Counted from the first letter of the stretch, positions 9,250 to 19,068 are shown. The stretch: 64,000 nt of DNA from Candidatus Dojkabacteria bacterium (GCA_016932045.1 JAFGDO010000012.1:4195-68194); one strand, 5' to 3'. Notes: generated by a model not told the origin, from the letters alone. A program made the numbers and translations.

Positions 9250-11055
9250 TTACTTATACCCCAAAGCCTGTAGCTTAAATAACTTTGAGTACCGCCCGTT
9301 CTTTTTCATAAGTTCATCATGACTTCCATGTTCGAGTATAGTTCCCTTATCGATAATATATATATTATCAGCGTTTCGAACTGTAGAGAATCTATGTGAT
9401 ACCATTATTACAGTTTTATCTTTTTCAAATTTATCAAGTTGTTTAAAAATTTCTGCTTCGGCTTTTGCATCTATTGCAGATGTAGGTTCGTCAAGGATGA
9501 GTATTGGCGCATCTCTGAAAAAGGCCCTGGCTAGAGCAACTTTTTGCCATTGACCAATAGAAGGTTCAACCCCGCCTTCAAAGCGCTTAGAGAGTCTTGT
9601 TGATAATCCCTTTTTATAGTCTTTCACAAATTCTAGTGCTCCTGATTTCTTAAGTGACAGGTCTACAAGTTTTTCTTCATATGCTTTGTCAATATCTCCA
9701 AGCTTTATATTATCTAGTAGCGTGTATTCGTATCGGTTAAAGTCCTGAAATAATATTCCTAGGCATTTGTACCAGGATGATAGTTTTAGTCTCTTTATGT
9801 TTATCCCGTCAATTAAAATCTCTCCCTTTTGCACATCAAAAAAACGGCATAGCAACCGTATAATCGTAGTCTTCCCGCCGCCATTCTCTCCTATAAAAGC
9901 AATTTTTTCTCTTGGTTTGATAGATAAATTGAAATTCTTAAGTGTATAAGCTTCAGCGTTTGGATACTTAAAGTATACATTTTTAAATTCGATTCTAGGA
10001 GCTTGGGTTTTTACATAAACTGCTTTCGGGTGATCCTTTACTTCGTTTTCTAAAGATAGCACTTGAAAAAGGTCTTTAACATAAAGCAAATCTTCGTAAT
10101 TTCTGCCTAAGTTTCTAAAAAACGAAATTAAACTCTCATTTAGCCGGTAGATCCGGCCATTAAAAAATTCAAGTGAGCCGAGTGTAATCTTTTGTGTAAT
10201 AGCTGAGATGATGATATATACTTCTGCTATCGAAAAGATAATAATTGCAGCTACGGAAGAAATTACTGAAACTACAAATTTCTTCTTTACCTTTTGTTTC
10301 TGCGGAGCTAAAAATTGTTTGTAAAGTTTTTTTATACGATTAATTAAAAAGTTTGCTGATGAAAAAAGCCGTATCTCTTCTAGGTGTCTTTCACTTTTTA
10401 GGTAAAAGCTTGTTTCCCAGAAATCTCTTCTTATACTTCCCTTGGCAACATGGATGTTCCATACTTCCTTACCGTATTTCATATGGATTAATAGTTCGGG
10501 AATTGCAGATAGTACTATTGCCAAGAAGATCCATATATTCAGTGATATTATTACGGTTGCACTTGAAATCACTTCTATGATGTTTTGAAAAATCCATAAC
10601 TGTCTATTGGCAAAGTTTAGGGGACGCCAAGTATAGGTTTCTTTTACTCTGTTTAAAAGGTCATTTAGTTTAGGATTTGAATAATGTTCAAATCCAAGAG
10701 TAGAATACTTCTGTTCAACTAGAATATCTAAATATTTACCGAAATCCAAATATGCAATGTTCTCAACGTATTCTGCTATTAGCCAGCAAACTCTATTCAA
10801 TAAGCTTAAAATTATTGATATTGAAAGCAAAGGAACAAATTCCTTTATGACAAAATTCCCATCAGTGATTGTCTCAACTATCTTGTCTATGATTAGTTTA
10901 AAAACATATGCATTTGCAAAAGGAATTATCGATACAAAAATTATACTTAGCAGGAGTGCAGAAGCTGCTTTTCTATTTGATTTGAAATAGAGTCCTAATA
11001 TTGCTTTTGAGTACTTTATATATTCTCTTGTTTTATCTATATATCTTTTCAACAT
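9250..11055 (-). CDS. ABC transporter, fused permease/ATP-binding protein (exporter type)
   Basis: Six-TM N-terminal half; Walker A GENGGGKTT; Walker B ILILDEPTSAID; H-loop VSHRF. Signature motif is atypical (PSIGQWQK instead of LSGGQRQR). Confidence 0.85.
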   Translation of the reverse strand: MLKRYIDKTREYIKYSKAILGLYFKSNRKAASALLLSIIFVSIIPFANAYVFKLIIDKIVETITDGNFVIKEFVPLLSISIILSLLNRVCWLIAEYVENIAYLDFGKYLDILVEQKYSTLGFEHYSNPKLNDLLNRVKETYTWRPLNFANRQLWIFQNIIEVISSATVIISLNIWIFLAIVLSAIPELLIHMKYGKEVWNIHVAKGSIRRDFWETSFYLKSERHLEEIRLFSSANFLINRIKKLYKQFLAPQKQKVKKKFVVSVISSVAAIIIFSIAEVYIIISAITQKITLGSLEFFNGRIYRLNESLISFFRNLGRNYEDLLYVKDLFQVLSLENEVKDHPKAVYVKTQAPRIEFKNVYFKYPNAEAYTLKNFNLSIKPREKIAFIGENGGGKTTIIRLLCRFFDVQKGEILIDGINIKRLKLSSWYKCLGILFQDFNRYEYTLLDNIKLGDIDKAYEEKLVDLSLKKSGALEFVKDYKKGLSTRLSKRFEGGVEPSIGQWQKVALARAFFRDAPILILDEPTSAIDAKAEAEIFKQLDKFEKDKTVIMVSHRFSTVRNADNIYIIDKGTILEHGSHDELMKKNGRYSKLFKLQALGYK

Positions 11056-11074
11056 AGCGGCGTATTATAGCATA

Positions 11075-11860
11075 TTATCTCCTAGTCTTAAGCCTTCTGC
11101 CTTTAAGCTCGAGATTATACTCAAGATCTTTTTCTGGATTATCTGTTCTTTTTCCTTCACTTCCCAAAATCCATAGGGCTTTATCAAAAATGAGCCAGCT
11201 AATGTTTACTTCATTACAAGCCTTTTTCCAGATCTGCTTTACTTTTGTGACATTTGCTGGTGTCATCTTTTTCGTATTTATTAACCCCCATTCATTTGTC
11301 AGTCTTACATCATGAACATCAACAGGCATAAGGATTTGCTCGAGATTGTCCAATTTAAGGTTAAAAGTATTTACGATGGTTCTAAAAAAGAAGTTGCCTA
11401 TCTTAGGTCCAAAGCCACGGAACTTATAAATTTCTCTAATAATGACTTGAGAATCTTTTGACAGTTTAAAAATATTTAATGGATTCCCACTGTATTGTGC
11501 TAGCAATATTTTAGAATTTACAGTCCACCGCTTTACTGCTTCATTTATATATCTTGGAGAAAGAGTTTTTTTTATAGTAAAAGTTAATTTATTTTTATCT
11601 TGTTTAAGAATAAACTTGGGATCAAAATAATTCTTTTCGTGTGTCCATAACCTTTGAGCTCCCTTGTATAGTCGTTGTGATTTTGTGGCGTAGTCTAACT
11701 GGATGACGTAAAAGAGAAATAATGCCTTTTGTTGAACAGTAAGCGAAGCAGGAATCCAATCCTCAGCATTTACCCGTTTTTCAAAAACACCTTTTTTCTG
11801 CTTGTAGGCTTTTGTTATAAGAACAACAAGTTGTGTTGCTTTCAGCTTTTTCCTTGTCAA
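11075..11860 (-). CDS. HhH-GPD superfamily base-excision repair glycosylase-like protein (EndoIII/MagIII-like, no Fe-S cluster motif)
   Basis: Helix-hairpin-helix FRGFGPKIGN with Lys at the EndoIII lyase position; PVDVHDVRL resembles the VDTHV catalytic Asp segment; no C-terminal Cys cluster. Confidence 0.45.
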   Translation of the reverse strand: MTRKKLKATQLVVLITKAYKQKKGVFEKRVNAEDWIPASLTVQQKALFLFYVIQLDYATKSQRLYKGAQRLWTHEKNYFDPKFILKQDKNKLTFTIKKTLSPRYINEAVKRWTVNSKILLAQYSGNPLNIFKLSKDSQVIIREIYKFRGFGPKIGNFFFRTIVNTFNLKLDNLEQILMPVDVHDVRLTNEWGLINTKKMTPANVTKVKQIWKKACNEVNISWLIFDKALWILGSEGKRTDNPEKDLEYNLELKGRRLKTRR

Positions 11861-12021
11861 GAAAGATTGATTAATAATAAAGAATTATAAATTAACAATG
11901 AAATAATTCAAGTAAGGATCGAGGTTACAGGGTAACTATCTAGCCATGTATATTTCTATATGACAGTAAATTCTCGCTTAAGATGATATACATCAAACTA
12001 GTTACTTTTTCGTGAAGAATT

Positions 12022-12333
12022 CTAGACAAGCACATCCAATAAATAAACTCCAGTTAGTCCTCTGTGTTTATCATGGTAATAGATAGGAGCAATACTATTG
12101 GGTTTTGCCCCAATGATAGCCTTACCAAGATCTGATGTAGCTTCAATCTGAGGGTTATCGTTTGTGGTGTCAACTTGAGGAACAATTAAGCAAACTACGG
12201 GGTCCTTATCAAAATCACTTGTATACTTAATTTTTACTTTAGTTCCAATCTGTGCAGTCTGTGATTGTTCGCCTCTTTGCTTTTTATTCGAAAAAATTAT
12301 GTTAGGGCTTTTTTTATTTATTATTTTATTCAT
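12022..12333 (-). CDS. Gre-factor C-terminal domain protein (Rnk/GreA-CTD-like, 103 aa)
   Basis: IGTKVKIKY...SDLGKAIIGAKPNSIAPIYY...GLTGVYLLDV matches the GreA/GreB C-terminal FKBP-like domain. The N-terminal coiled coil is absent. Confidence 0.55.
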   Translation of the reverse strand: MNKIINKKSPNIIFSNKKQRGEQSQTAQIGTKVKIKYTSDFDKDPVVCLIVPQVDTTNDNPQIEATSDLGKAIIGAKPNSIAPIYYHDKHRGLTGVYLLDVLV

Positions 12334-12477
12334 AATATATATATATAATATACAAAAAAGAAAACGGTTTTTATTATAGAGGATAGGTTAGAAGAAGACA
12401 AGAGTAGGTTCATAAATATGAAGCTATTAAAAAATTCTAATGAAGGAGTGGGGGAGGGGGCAGAGAAAAAAAGGGAC

Positions 12478-12506
12478 TTGACAAAAACAGCTCTTTCCCC
12501 TATTAT
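12478..12506 (+). promoter_or_regulatory. sigma70-type promoter for the TetR gene (TTGACA-N17-TATTAT)
   Basis: TTGACA at 12478-12483, a 17-nt spacer, then TATTAT at 12501-12506; 31 nt upstream of the ATG at 12537. Confidence 0.5.
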
Positions 12507-12537
12507 TATTATGACCGACTAGTCAGTCATAATAATA
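12504..12537. promoter_or_regulatory. 34-bp palindromic operator (17-bp arms, one mismatch) overlapping the -10 element and start codon of the TetR gene
   Basis: TATTATTATGACCGACT|AGTCAGTCATAATAATA; near-perfect dyad symmetry centred between 12520 and 12521. Confidence 0.5.
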
Positions 12538-13115
12538 TGAACAAAAATAAAAAGATTTTTAAAAAACAAAAGATTGTAGAGGCTGCCGCAAAGATCTTTT
12601 CTCGTGATGGATTAGAACGAGCACGTGTTGAAGATATTGCGAAAGAAGCAGGGATCGGAAAAGGTACTGTCTACTTATATTTCCCGGATAAGGAATCTAT
12701 CCTTGAAGAAGGAATACGGTATTTCGCCTATATTCGTATAGATCAGCTAAGGTCACTACTATCGACCTATAAATCCCCAAAGAAGAAGTTAATAACATTG
12801 CTAAATTTGAGCACAAAGATTGCAGAAACAGATAGGTATATTTTTTTCATGAATTATGCTGCTCTACTTTCAACGCATAAAGATTTGAGGCAACGAGCTG
12901 TTACAGAATTCTTTGGACAATATGTTGATTTAGTGGCTGAGATTATAAAGGAGGGAATAGCAAGTGGTGAGTTTAGAAGGATAAATTCAAAAGTTGCTGC
13001 TCTTTCAGTTGTTCTTGTGCAGGACATCGGCAATCTATTACTTTCAAAAGTTAAGAGCGGTGTGAGTAGTGAGAGAACGGCTAAGGAACTTTTAAAGATG
13101 ATTGAGAATGATTGA
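12537..13115 (+). CDS. TetR/AcrR family transcriptional regulator
   Basis: N-terminal helix-turn-helix RARVEDIAKEAGIGKGTVYLYF; 192 aa with a helical C-terminal domain. Confidence 0.85.
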   Translation: MNKNKKIFKKQKIVEAAAKIFSRDGLERARVEDIAKEAGIGKGTVYLYFPDKESILEEGIRYFAYIRIDQLRSLLSTYKSPKKKLITLLNLSTKIAETDRYIFFMNYAALLSTHKDLRQRAVTEFFGQYVDLVAEIIKEGIASGEFRRINSKVAALSVVLVQDIGNLLLSKVKSGVSSERTAKELLKMIEND

Positions 13116-13200
13116 TATGATCTAATTATTAGAGATGATCATATCAATAAAACAGTTGGTCTTGGTAGTTAGAACCTAATAATATTTTAAATAATAAAGC

Positions 13201-13806
13201 ATGACAATTAAAAAGTACAAAATTTGTAAAAGTTGTGGCGGTCCTGTCAAGGATTACCCCGATAAAAAAGTATTAAATCCAGAATTCTGCCCGTACTGTG
13301 TAGATGAACAGGGCGACTTGCTTGGATATAGGCAAATTGTGGAATCAATGATTCTCTATATAAAGAATGATCATCCGGAAATCAAACCAAAGGACAGACA
13401 TAGCAAAGCCGAGACTATGCTTAAAGAAACGGAAATTTGGGGAGAAAGATTTACTGGTGTGATTATTAAAGAAAGTTTAAAGAGCGATAATGTATTGAAT
13501 TATGTAAAGATAGTAAAAGAAGAGGTGTCAAAGGACAATAATCCTGAGACCAATGGAGGTTATCCGACGTGGCATTTACTTTATGTAGAATTCTTTCGTC
13601 CACAGCTTGAAGATGTCCTAGGTTGTCTTAAGAAAGATTTAAAAGGTAAGGATTGGTACGCTGATTTTAAAGGAAGAAAAGACCATCACATTATTTTCTG
13701 TGGAAGAGTTTTTAGATGCATATTGGGAAAGAGAGATTCGTATAAGAAGGCTATTCAATATGGACTTAAGGTTGGAGTGCCAACGGAGCAGTTGGACTTT
13801 GTGTGA
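13201..13806 (+). CDS. hypothetical protein with N-terminal zinc-ribbon (CxxC...CxxC)
   Basis: CKSCGG...CPYC in the first 35 aa; the remainder has no known motifs. Confidence 0.5.
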   Translation: MTIKKYKICKSCGGPVKDYPDKKVLNPEFCPYCVDEQGDLLGYRQIVESMILYIKNDHPEIKPKDRHSKAETMLKETEIWGERFTGVIIKESLKSDNVLNYVKIVKEEVSKDNNPETNGGYPTWHLLYVEFFRPQLEDVLGCLKKDLKGKDWYADFKGRKDHHIIFCGRVFRCILGKRDSYKKAIQYGLKVGVPTEQLDFV

Positions 13807-13862
13807 TTAAACCAAAGTCCGAAAGATAAAGCGAATTTAGCAGATAAATTTATTTTAATTTT

Positions 13863-14213
13863 TTGTTAATATCCATGAATAAAACAAAATACGCAACACC
13901 TTGCGGTCTTTACTGCGGAACATGCCCTGAGTTAAACAAGGCCTGTAAGGGCAAAACCTGTATGGAGCATGATGGCGAGATGTTCTGGGGTAAGTGTGAG
14001 TTATTTGATTGCTGTGTACACGGGAAGAAATTAGAGCACTGCGGATTGTGTAAGGAGTTCCCCTGCAAGTTATTCATTAATCACAACGACCCGTCATTAG
14101 CCCCTGATGTTGCAAAGAAAGAAAATGAAAAAAGGCAAGTAGGACTTAAGAAAAGAGTTAAGGTTGGTACAGAGAAATGGGTGGAGGGGAAAGAGGCTAA
14201 AATTAAGAATTAA
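13863..14213 (+). CDS. Cys-rich small protein, DUF3795-like (putative metal/Fe-S binding)
   Basis: About 14 Cys in 116 aa, including a CGLYCGTCP start typical of DUF3795-type proteins; Lys-rich tail. Confidence 0.5.
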   Translation: MLISMNKTKYATPCGLYCGTCPELNKACKGKTCMEHDGEMFWGKCELFDCCVHGKKLEHCGLCKEFPCKLFINHNDPSLAPDVAKKENEKRQVGLKKRVKVGTEKWVEGKEAKIKN

Positions 14214-14459
14214 AAATGAGAGATGAAAAATTCCTGTGCAGGCATTTGTAGCGATTAAAGGTTGATATGTTGTTATGTGGTTGGACGGTTAAATGGTAAA
14301 TTTGACTCATTGGCACATTATCGTTTGTTTCCACTTCTAGCGTTATATTTTTTCCTTCTCATCGTTACTAATAAAACAAACTGGTATCAAAAAGAGTGTT
14401 ACCAGAATTTGTTAAAAATCTGAATTTCTAGGATAATAGTCGAGCTTACCTTTTATATA

Positions 14460-15362
14460 ATGAATATGCCAGGTAGCGGAAAAATTACAAAAGCGGTTAT
14501 AACCGCAGCAGGTTACGGTACAAGATTTTTACCTGCGACAAAGAATGTCCCCAAGGAACTTCTCCCTGTCATAGATATGCCTGTCCTTGAATATATTACT
14601 GAGGAATGCGTTGGGGCTGGGATTACAGATATCATCATTGTCACAAGTTACGGTAAAAATGCGATTGAGGATTATTTTGATTCTTCACCAGAATTGGAGG
14701 AAATGCTGAAAAAGAAAGGTAAGACAGATTTATATAAGAAGGTTCGGAATGTATACGAAAAAGCTAACTTTATCTTTGTAAGACAAAGCAAACATCTTCC
14801 GTATGGTACAGCAGCTCCACTACTTGTTGTGAAAAATCTAATTAAAGAGGACGAAGCTTTTGCACTTCTCTATGGTGATGATATTTATCAAAATGGAAAA
14901 AAGCTGGCAATAGGAGAGCTTATCGAAACATATAAGGCAAATAGATGGTGCGGGGCTGTAATTGGAGCAAAGATAATCCCGGATGAGGAGGTTTCTAATT
15001 TTGGTATATTTAAGTATCGTAAAGAAAGAGGTCACTTATTATTTGATGAGGTTGTTGAGAAACCTTCGAAACCCGTTGCGGATAAAAACTATACGAATGG
15101 CGGGAGATTTGTATTTAATTCTGAAATATTTAACTTCATTAATCGGGAAGATTATAAAGAAAATCCAAGGCGAGAACTTGAATTAACAGATGTGTTAAAC
15201 AATTATAAGAGGAATAACAAAATGATAATTCAGGAGATGAAAGCAGAATGGTATCCTGCCGGTAAACCTATTGATATGATAAGGACTACAATTAAACTGG
15301 CTCTAAAAAGAGATGATTTAAAAGCTGATGTACAGAAATTTATAAACTCCTTAGCTAATTAA
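14460..15362 (+). CDS. galU: UTP--glucose-1-phosphate uridylyltransferase
   Basis: AAGYGTRFLPATKNVPKELLPV motif and overall GalU architecture (300 aa). Confidence 0.85.
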   Translation: MNMPGSGKITKAVITAAGYGTRFLPATKNVPKELLPVIDMPVLEYITEECVGAGITDIIIVTSYGKNAIEDYFDSSPELEEMLKKKGKTDLYKKVRNVYEKANFIFVRQSKHLPYGTAAPLLVVKNLIKEDEAFALLYGDDIYQNGKKLAIGELIETYKANRWCGAVIGAKIIPDEEVSNFGIFKYRKERGHLLFDEVVEKPSKPVADKNYTNGGRFVFNSEIFNFINREDYKENPRRELELTDVLNNYKRNNKMIIQEMKAEWYPAGKPIDMIRTTIKLALKRDDLKADVQKFINSLAN

Positions 15363-15381
15363 GTTATAAGAAATTTAAACT

Positions 15382-16305
15382 ATGGCCGCAAAGAAGGTAA
15401 CGAAAGCTATCATTACTGCCGCTGGACGCGGGACAAGGTTTTTACCTGCTTCAAAAGCATTCCAAAAGGAGATGGTTCCTATCATGCATAAACCACAACT
15501 CCAATGGGTTATTGAAGAAGCTATAGAATCCGGGATCACAGATATAGCTGTTGTTATAAGAAAAGGTGTAGACACTTTCAAGGATTATTTTAATGATAAC
15601 AAGGATCTCTGGAAGTATCTTAAAAAAAGTAAGAAAGAAGATCTGCTGGATAGCTGGGTGAGTCTCAAGAAGGAGGCTCAAATAACATTATTCTATCAAA
15701 AAGAAACTGATCCTTACGGAAATGGTACTCCCTTTATCATTGCTAAAAAATTCGTAAAGGGTGAACCTTTTGCTGCAATGTGGGGAGATGACATCATGGT
15801 TAGAACAGATAAGAACAAACCGACCTGCCTCAAGCAAATGATCAACTATTATGGAATGTACGAACCTACAGCTGTCATGTCTGTATCAAGAGTTGATCGA
15901 TCAGTGATAAATAAATACGCAAGCTATGAGTATTTAAGACCTAAGGAGGCGAAGGTTCCTTATCAGGTGAAAAGACTTATTGAAAAGCCTGAACCTGAGG
16001 AAGCTCCTTCTCTTATGGCCAATGCCTGTCGTTTTATATTATCGTATGAGGTGATTGAAGAACTTGGGAAAAAGGTTAAAGGCAAGGATGAAGAGATTTG
16101 GCTTACAGATGCAGTTGACAGGCTTGTACAGCAAGGAAAAGTTGTAATGGCGCCGCCTTGGCAGGGAAGTTTCTGGATCCCAGTTGGTGATCCTATAAAT
16201 TGGCTTAAAGCAAATTTAGTGATCTCTCTAATTGATAAAAAGTATAGAAAGGATGCAAGAGAGATTATTCAAGATGTTGAAAAAATGCGTTTAATTAAGA
16301 CTTGA
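15382..16305 (+). CDS. UTP--glucose-1-phosphate uridylyltransferase paralogue (tandem duplicate)
   Basis: AAGRGTRFLPASKAFQKEMVPI motif; 307 aa; diverged from the adjacent galU. Confidence 0.75.
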   Translation: MAAKKVTKAIITAAGRGTRFLPASKAFQKEMVPIMHKPQLQWVIEEAIESGITDIAVVIRKGVDTFKDYFNDNKDLWKYLKKSKKEDLLDSWVSLKKEAQITLFYQKETDPYGNGTPFIIAKKFVKGEPFAAMWGDDIMVRTDKNKPTCLKQMINYYGMYEPTAVMSVSRVDRSVINKYASYEYLRPKEAKVPYQVKRLIEKPEPEEAPSLMANACRFILSYEVIEELGKKVKGKDEEIWLTDAVDRLVQQGKVVMAPPWQGSFWIPVGDPINWLKANLVISLIDKKYRKDAREIIQDVEKMRLIKT

Positions 16306-17117
16306 GATTTCATCTCGTGATTAAGAAGCTTATAGAGATAGCTAAGAATGCCGGACAGATACAACTAAAGTATTATAAGTCGGGCTTTGATATTCAAAAG
16401 AAGAATAATGATATGTATGACCTCTTAACTTCAGCTGACCTTGCATGCGATAAGTATATTTATGCTGAACTCAAAGAAGAGTTTCCAGATATCCTGATTC
16501 TTTCTGAAGAAAATAAAAAGATTCCAGGAAGCTTTTCCGGGAGGGTTTTTATGGTAGACCCACTTGATGGCACTAAGGAATTTGTTGCTAAGAATGATCA
16601 GTTTGCTTGTATGATTGGGTTATGCAAAGATGGTATACCTACGCTTGGAGTTGTATATGCTCCGGCATTGGATAAACTATACTGGGGTGAGAAGGGAAAG
16701 GGCTCATATTTAATTAGTAAAGATAAAACTTGCGAGTTAGAAGTATCAGAGCTTGATAATTTAGAAAGAGCTATACTGATAGATAGAAACTTTCATGGTG
16801 AGGAAAGACCCTTGGATTTTGTCGTAAAGAATTTGGGAGCGGGTAAAATAAAGCCATTTGGAAGTGTTGGATTAAAACTAGGTCTTATCTCAAGGGGTAA
16901 GGCCCATATTCACGTCAATAGCAATTTCCGTTTAAGTAAATGGGACAGCTGTGCTCCGCAAATTATCCTCGAAGAAGCTGGGGGAAAGGTTACAGACTTA
17001 TATGGGGATCCACTAGATTATAAACAGAAATCTCTCAAATGGGAAAATTCTGTTGTGGCGACAAATGGTGTTTTGCATAATGAGGTAATCACAAAGATCA
17101 ATAGCTTACTTAGTTAG
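16302..17117 (+). CDS. inositol monophosphatase / CysQ (3'(2'),5'-bisphosphate nucleotidase) family protein
   Basis: Metal-binding motif VDPLDGTKEF; DxxDxT and WDxxA-like (KWDSCAP) segments; ATGA start overlaps the upstream stop by 4 nt. Confidence 0.75.
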   Translation: MRFHLVIKKLIEIAKNAGQIQLKYYKSGFDIQKKNNDMYDLLTSADLACDKYIYAELKEEFPDILILSEENKKIPGSFSGRVFMVDPLDGTKEFVAKNDQFACMIGLCKDGIPTLGVVYAPALDKLYWGEKGKGSYLISKDKTCELEVSELDNLERAILIDRNFHGEERPLDFVVKNLGAGKIKPFGSVGLKLGLISRGKAHIHVNSNFRLSKWDSCAPQIILEEAGGKVTDLYGDPLDYKQKSLKWENSVVATNGVLHNEVITKINSLLS

Positions 17118-17119
17118 CC

Positions 17120-17461
17120 TTGATTATGGAGCAGCATACCTGTATATCAGCTTATGCAAAAAGGGTTCATGAAATGTCCTTTCTAGAAGCATTGAGTTCA
17201 AGGTCAATATTGCATACACAATCATTAATGGATGGTCAGGTAAAGGAAGTAAGTCCACACTTTCAATTGAACCATTACCTTGCAAGAAGTTTTGTCGGAC
17301 TTGCTGGTATTGCTTTATATGAACAAGTGAGAAGGGTACTATCATTTATGCCGAGTACGAATGATGTAGTCGGAAAACTTATCGCAACCGGTGCTTGTGA
17401 TGATAGCGATCCCTCACCACCAGAGAGAGTACCTGTCCCTGTACCGATCCCAAAAAGGTAA
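17120..17461 (+). CDS. hypothetical protein (weak; overlaps an antisense ORF)
   Basis: 113-aa ORF with a Pro-rich end (PVPVPIPKR); no motifs. Coding status uncertain. Confidence 0.2.
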   Translation: MIMEQHTCISAYAKRVHEMSFLEALSSRSILHTQSLMDGQVKEVSPHFQLNHYLARSFVGLAGIALYEQVRRVLSFMPSTNDVVGKLIATGACDDSDPSPPERVPVPVPIPKR

Positions 17462-17802
17462 TATGCATTTGGTTAGGCAGAGTAAGAGTGTTAAGAGGTG
17501 ACTAGAGTTACCTCTCTTATTTTCCACAACATCCATCTATAAGCTTCTTTAGGTCCTGTACCTTCAATCCATGTATTTCCATCTGCAATTACTGTCCCTC
17601 TTTTTGCATCTCTAGTTGGATAAACATAAACACTAAAACTAATTTTTATCCCTCTTTGATCTAAAAGTCTAACAATTTCTTGTGAAGCAAACATTACAAT
17701 CTGTTCGGGTTGAAAGGCTTGGGAAATGTAGTTGTTGAACCAAAAATCATTTAGTGCTTCAAGAATATGCTCAGGTGACCAATCACCTAATTCAGCAATT
17801 TC

Positions 17803-19035
17803 CTAGATTGCGTCGATTTCATGCCAGTCAAAACGTTGTTTTCCAGATACTGCTAGGTATCTACTGGTTCCTGACCAGTGAAAAGCTTCAGGCATTCCGG
17901 CTATTAGGCTCGATATTTGTCGATCAGGATTCATGTAAACTACTCCTCCATGAATATCAAGTGGGTAGACTGATTGTAAACCTGTGTGATAATTAAGTAC
18001 CAATTGATCAAGAGCCCTTCCTAACGCCATATCGCCAAATGGTATAGGCATAAGACCACCTATTGCACACAGAACTTTAAGTGAGATGACAGTGAATGGC
18101 CCAATAGGATTTTTCGAAATCATACTTTGTGTATTCCTATTTGCTAGTTCAGCTGTGAAGAGTTCTCTTCTGAGATCCCAGACTAGACTTAATACTGGAA
18201 ATTTCCTTTTTGCCTCCTTGTCAAAGTCATATGCTGTTGAAACTGCAACTGAGCCGGCTATATGAAAACGATCATGTGAAATAGGGGTATAAAGATCGGA
18301 TTGTAGTTTGGGGTCAATCATACCTGTTTCTGCTAATACGTTAATAGCTTGTTGAATGGATTCAGGCGAAAGTCCACTTATATCTGCATCAACTAAAACT
18401 AAGGGCACTTCTCTTTGCCCTCGTTGAACTAACATAGCCAGGTCCGCTGCAACCTTTTTTGCCGTTCCAACATTATAAAATTGTGGAACTTGTTCATTGA
18501 TAACATGAAGATTAGAGAAATGTTGAGAAGCTTTTGTTAATGCATGCCAGACTTCTGCTGATGGTTCATCAGTATAGTTATGATATACTAGGATGCAGAC
18601 TTCTTCTTCAAAATTGTCTCCATAAGAGTCTCTAACAGCTTGTAGAGCTCTTTCGAGGTCAGTTTCATTTCTCGCTGCAATGACAACTATAGACTTTGTT
18701 TTTTCTGTAACAAAATTTCCCGGAACACCTTCTACTAGTCTGGCAAGACGACTTGTATATTCATCCGTGTGCCTTTCCCAGTATCTTTCAGCTACTTCTT
18801 CCCAAGGTAGATTTCTTAGGAATCCAAGGACACGTTCAGATTCATTGTGAAGATCAGGTTGATTTGGTTTGTCAATAGAAGAGGTAGCCTCATCTATCCA
18901 TGTTGCAATGATTGGATCAAAAAATGGAAGTATGTCAGATCCCAAGGGATTTGTAGATTCTAGTTGTAAGTTTCCATCCCTATAAAAAGAAGTAAAAAGC
19001 CTTCTATCTAGAGGAATTGGTTCGGTTTCAATCAT
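17803..19035 (-). CDS. GT-A fold glycosyltransferase-like protein; the reading frame continues past a single in-frame TAG into 17491..17802
   Basis: SIVVIAARNE and LVLVDADI (a DxD-like motif) suggest a GT-A fold. Composition is atypical (more Trp, His and Arg; higher GC). The 67-aa ORF at 17491..17694 is in the same frame, with no other stop in between. Confidence 0.45.
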   Translation of the reverse strand: MIETEPIPLDRRLFTSFYRDGNLQLESTNPLGSDILPFFDPIIATWIDEATSSIDKPNQPDLHNESERVLGFLRNLPWEEVAERYWERHTDEYTSRLARLVEGVPGNFVTEKTKSIVVIAARNETDLERALQAVRDSYGDNFEEEVCILVYHNYTDEPSAEVWHALTKASQHFSNLHVINEQVPQFYNVGTAKKVAADLAMLVQRGQREVPLVLVDADISGLSPESIQQAINVLAETGMIDPKLQSDLYTPISHDRFHIAGSVAVSTAYDFDKEAKRKFPVLSLVWDLRRELFTAELANRNTQSMISKNPIGPFTVISLKVLCAIGGLMPIPFGDMALGRALDQLVLNYHTGLQSVYPLDIHGGVVYMNPDRQISSLIAGMPEAFHWSGTSRYLAVSGKQRFDWHEIDAI

Positions 19036-19068
19036 ATAACTAAACTTATTAAAAAGTAGTAAGGAATT

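Noticed and set aside
17803-17805. Possibility that TAG is recoded (alternative genetic code)
   Set aside because: TAG terminates several confidently called genes, including murA and the sigma factor. TGA and TAA are also used as stops, so the standard code applies. The in-frame TAG is better explained as a nonsense mutation or sequencing error.
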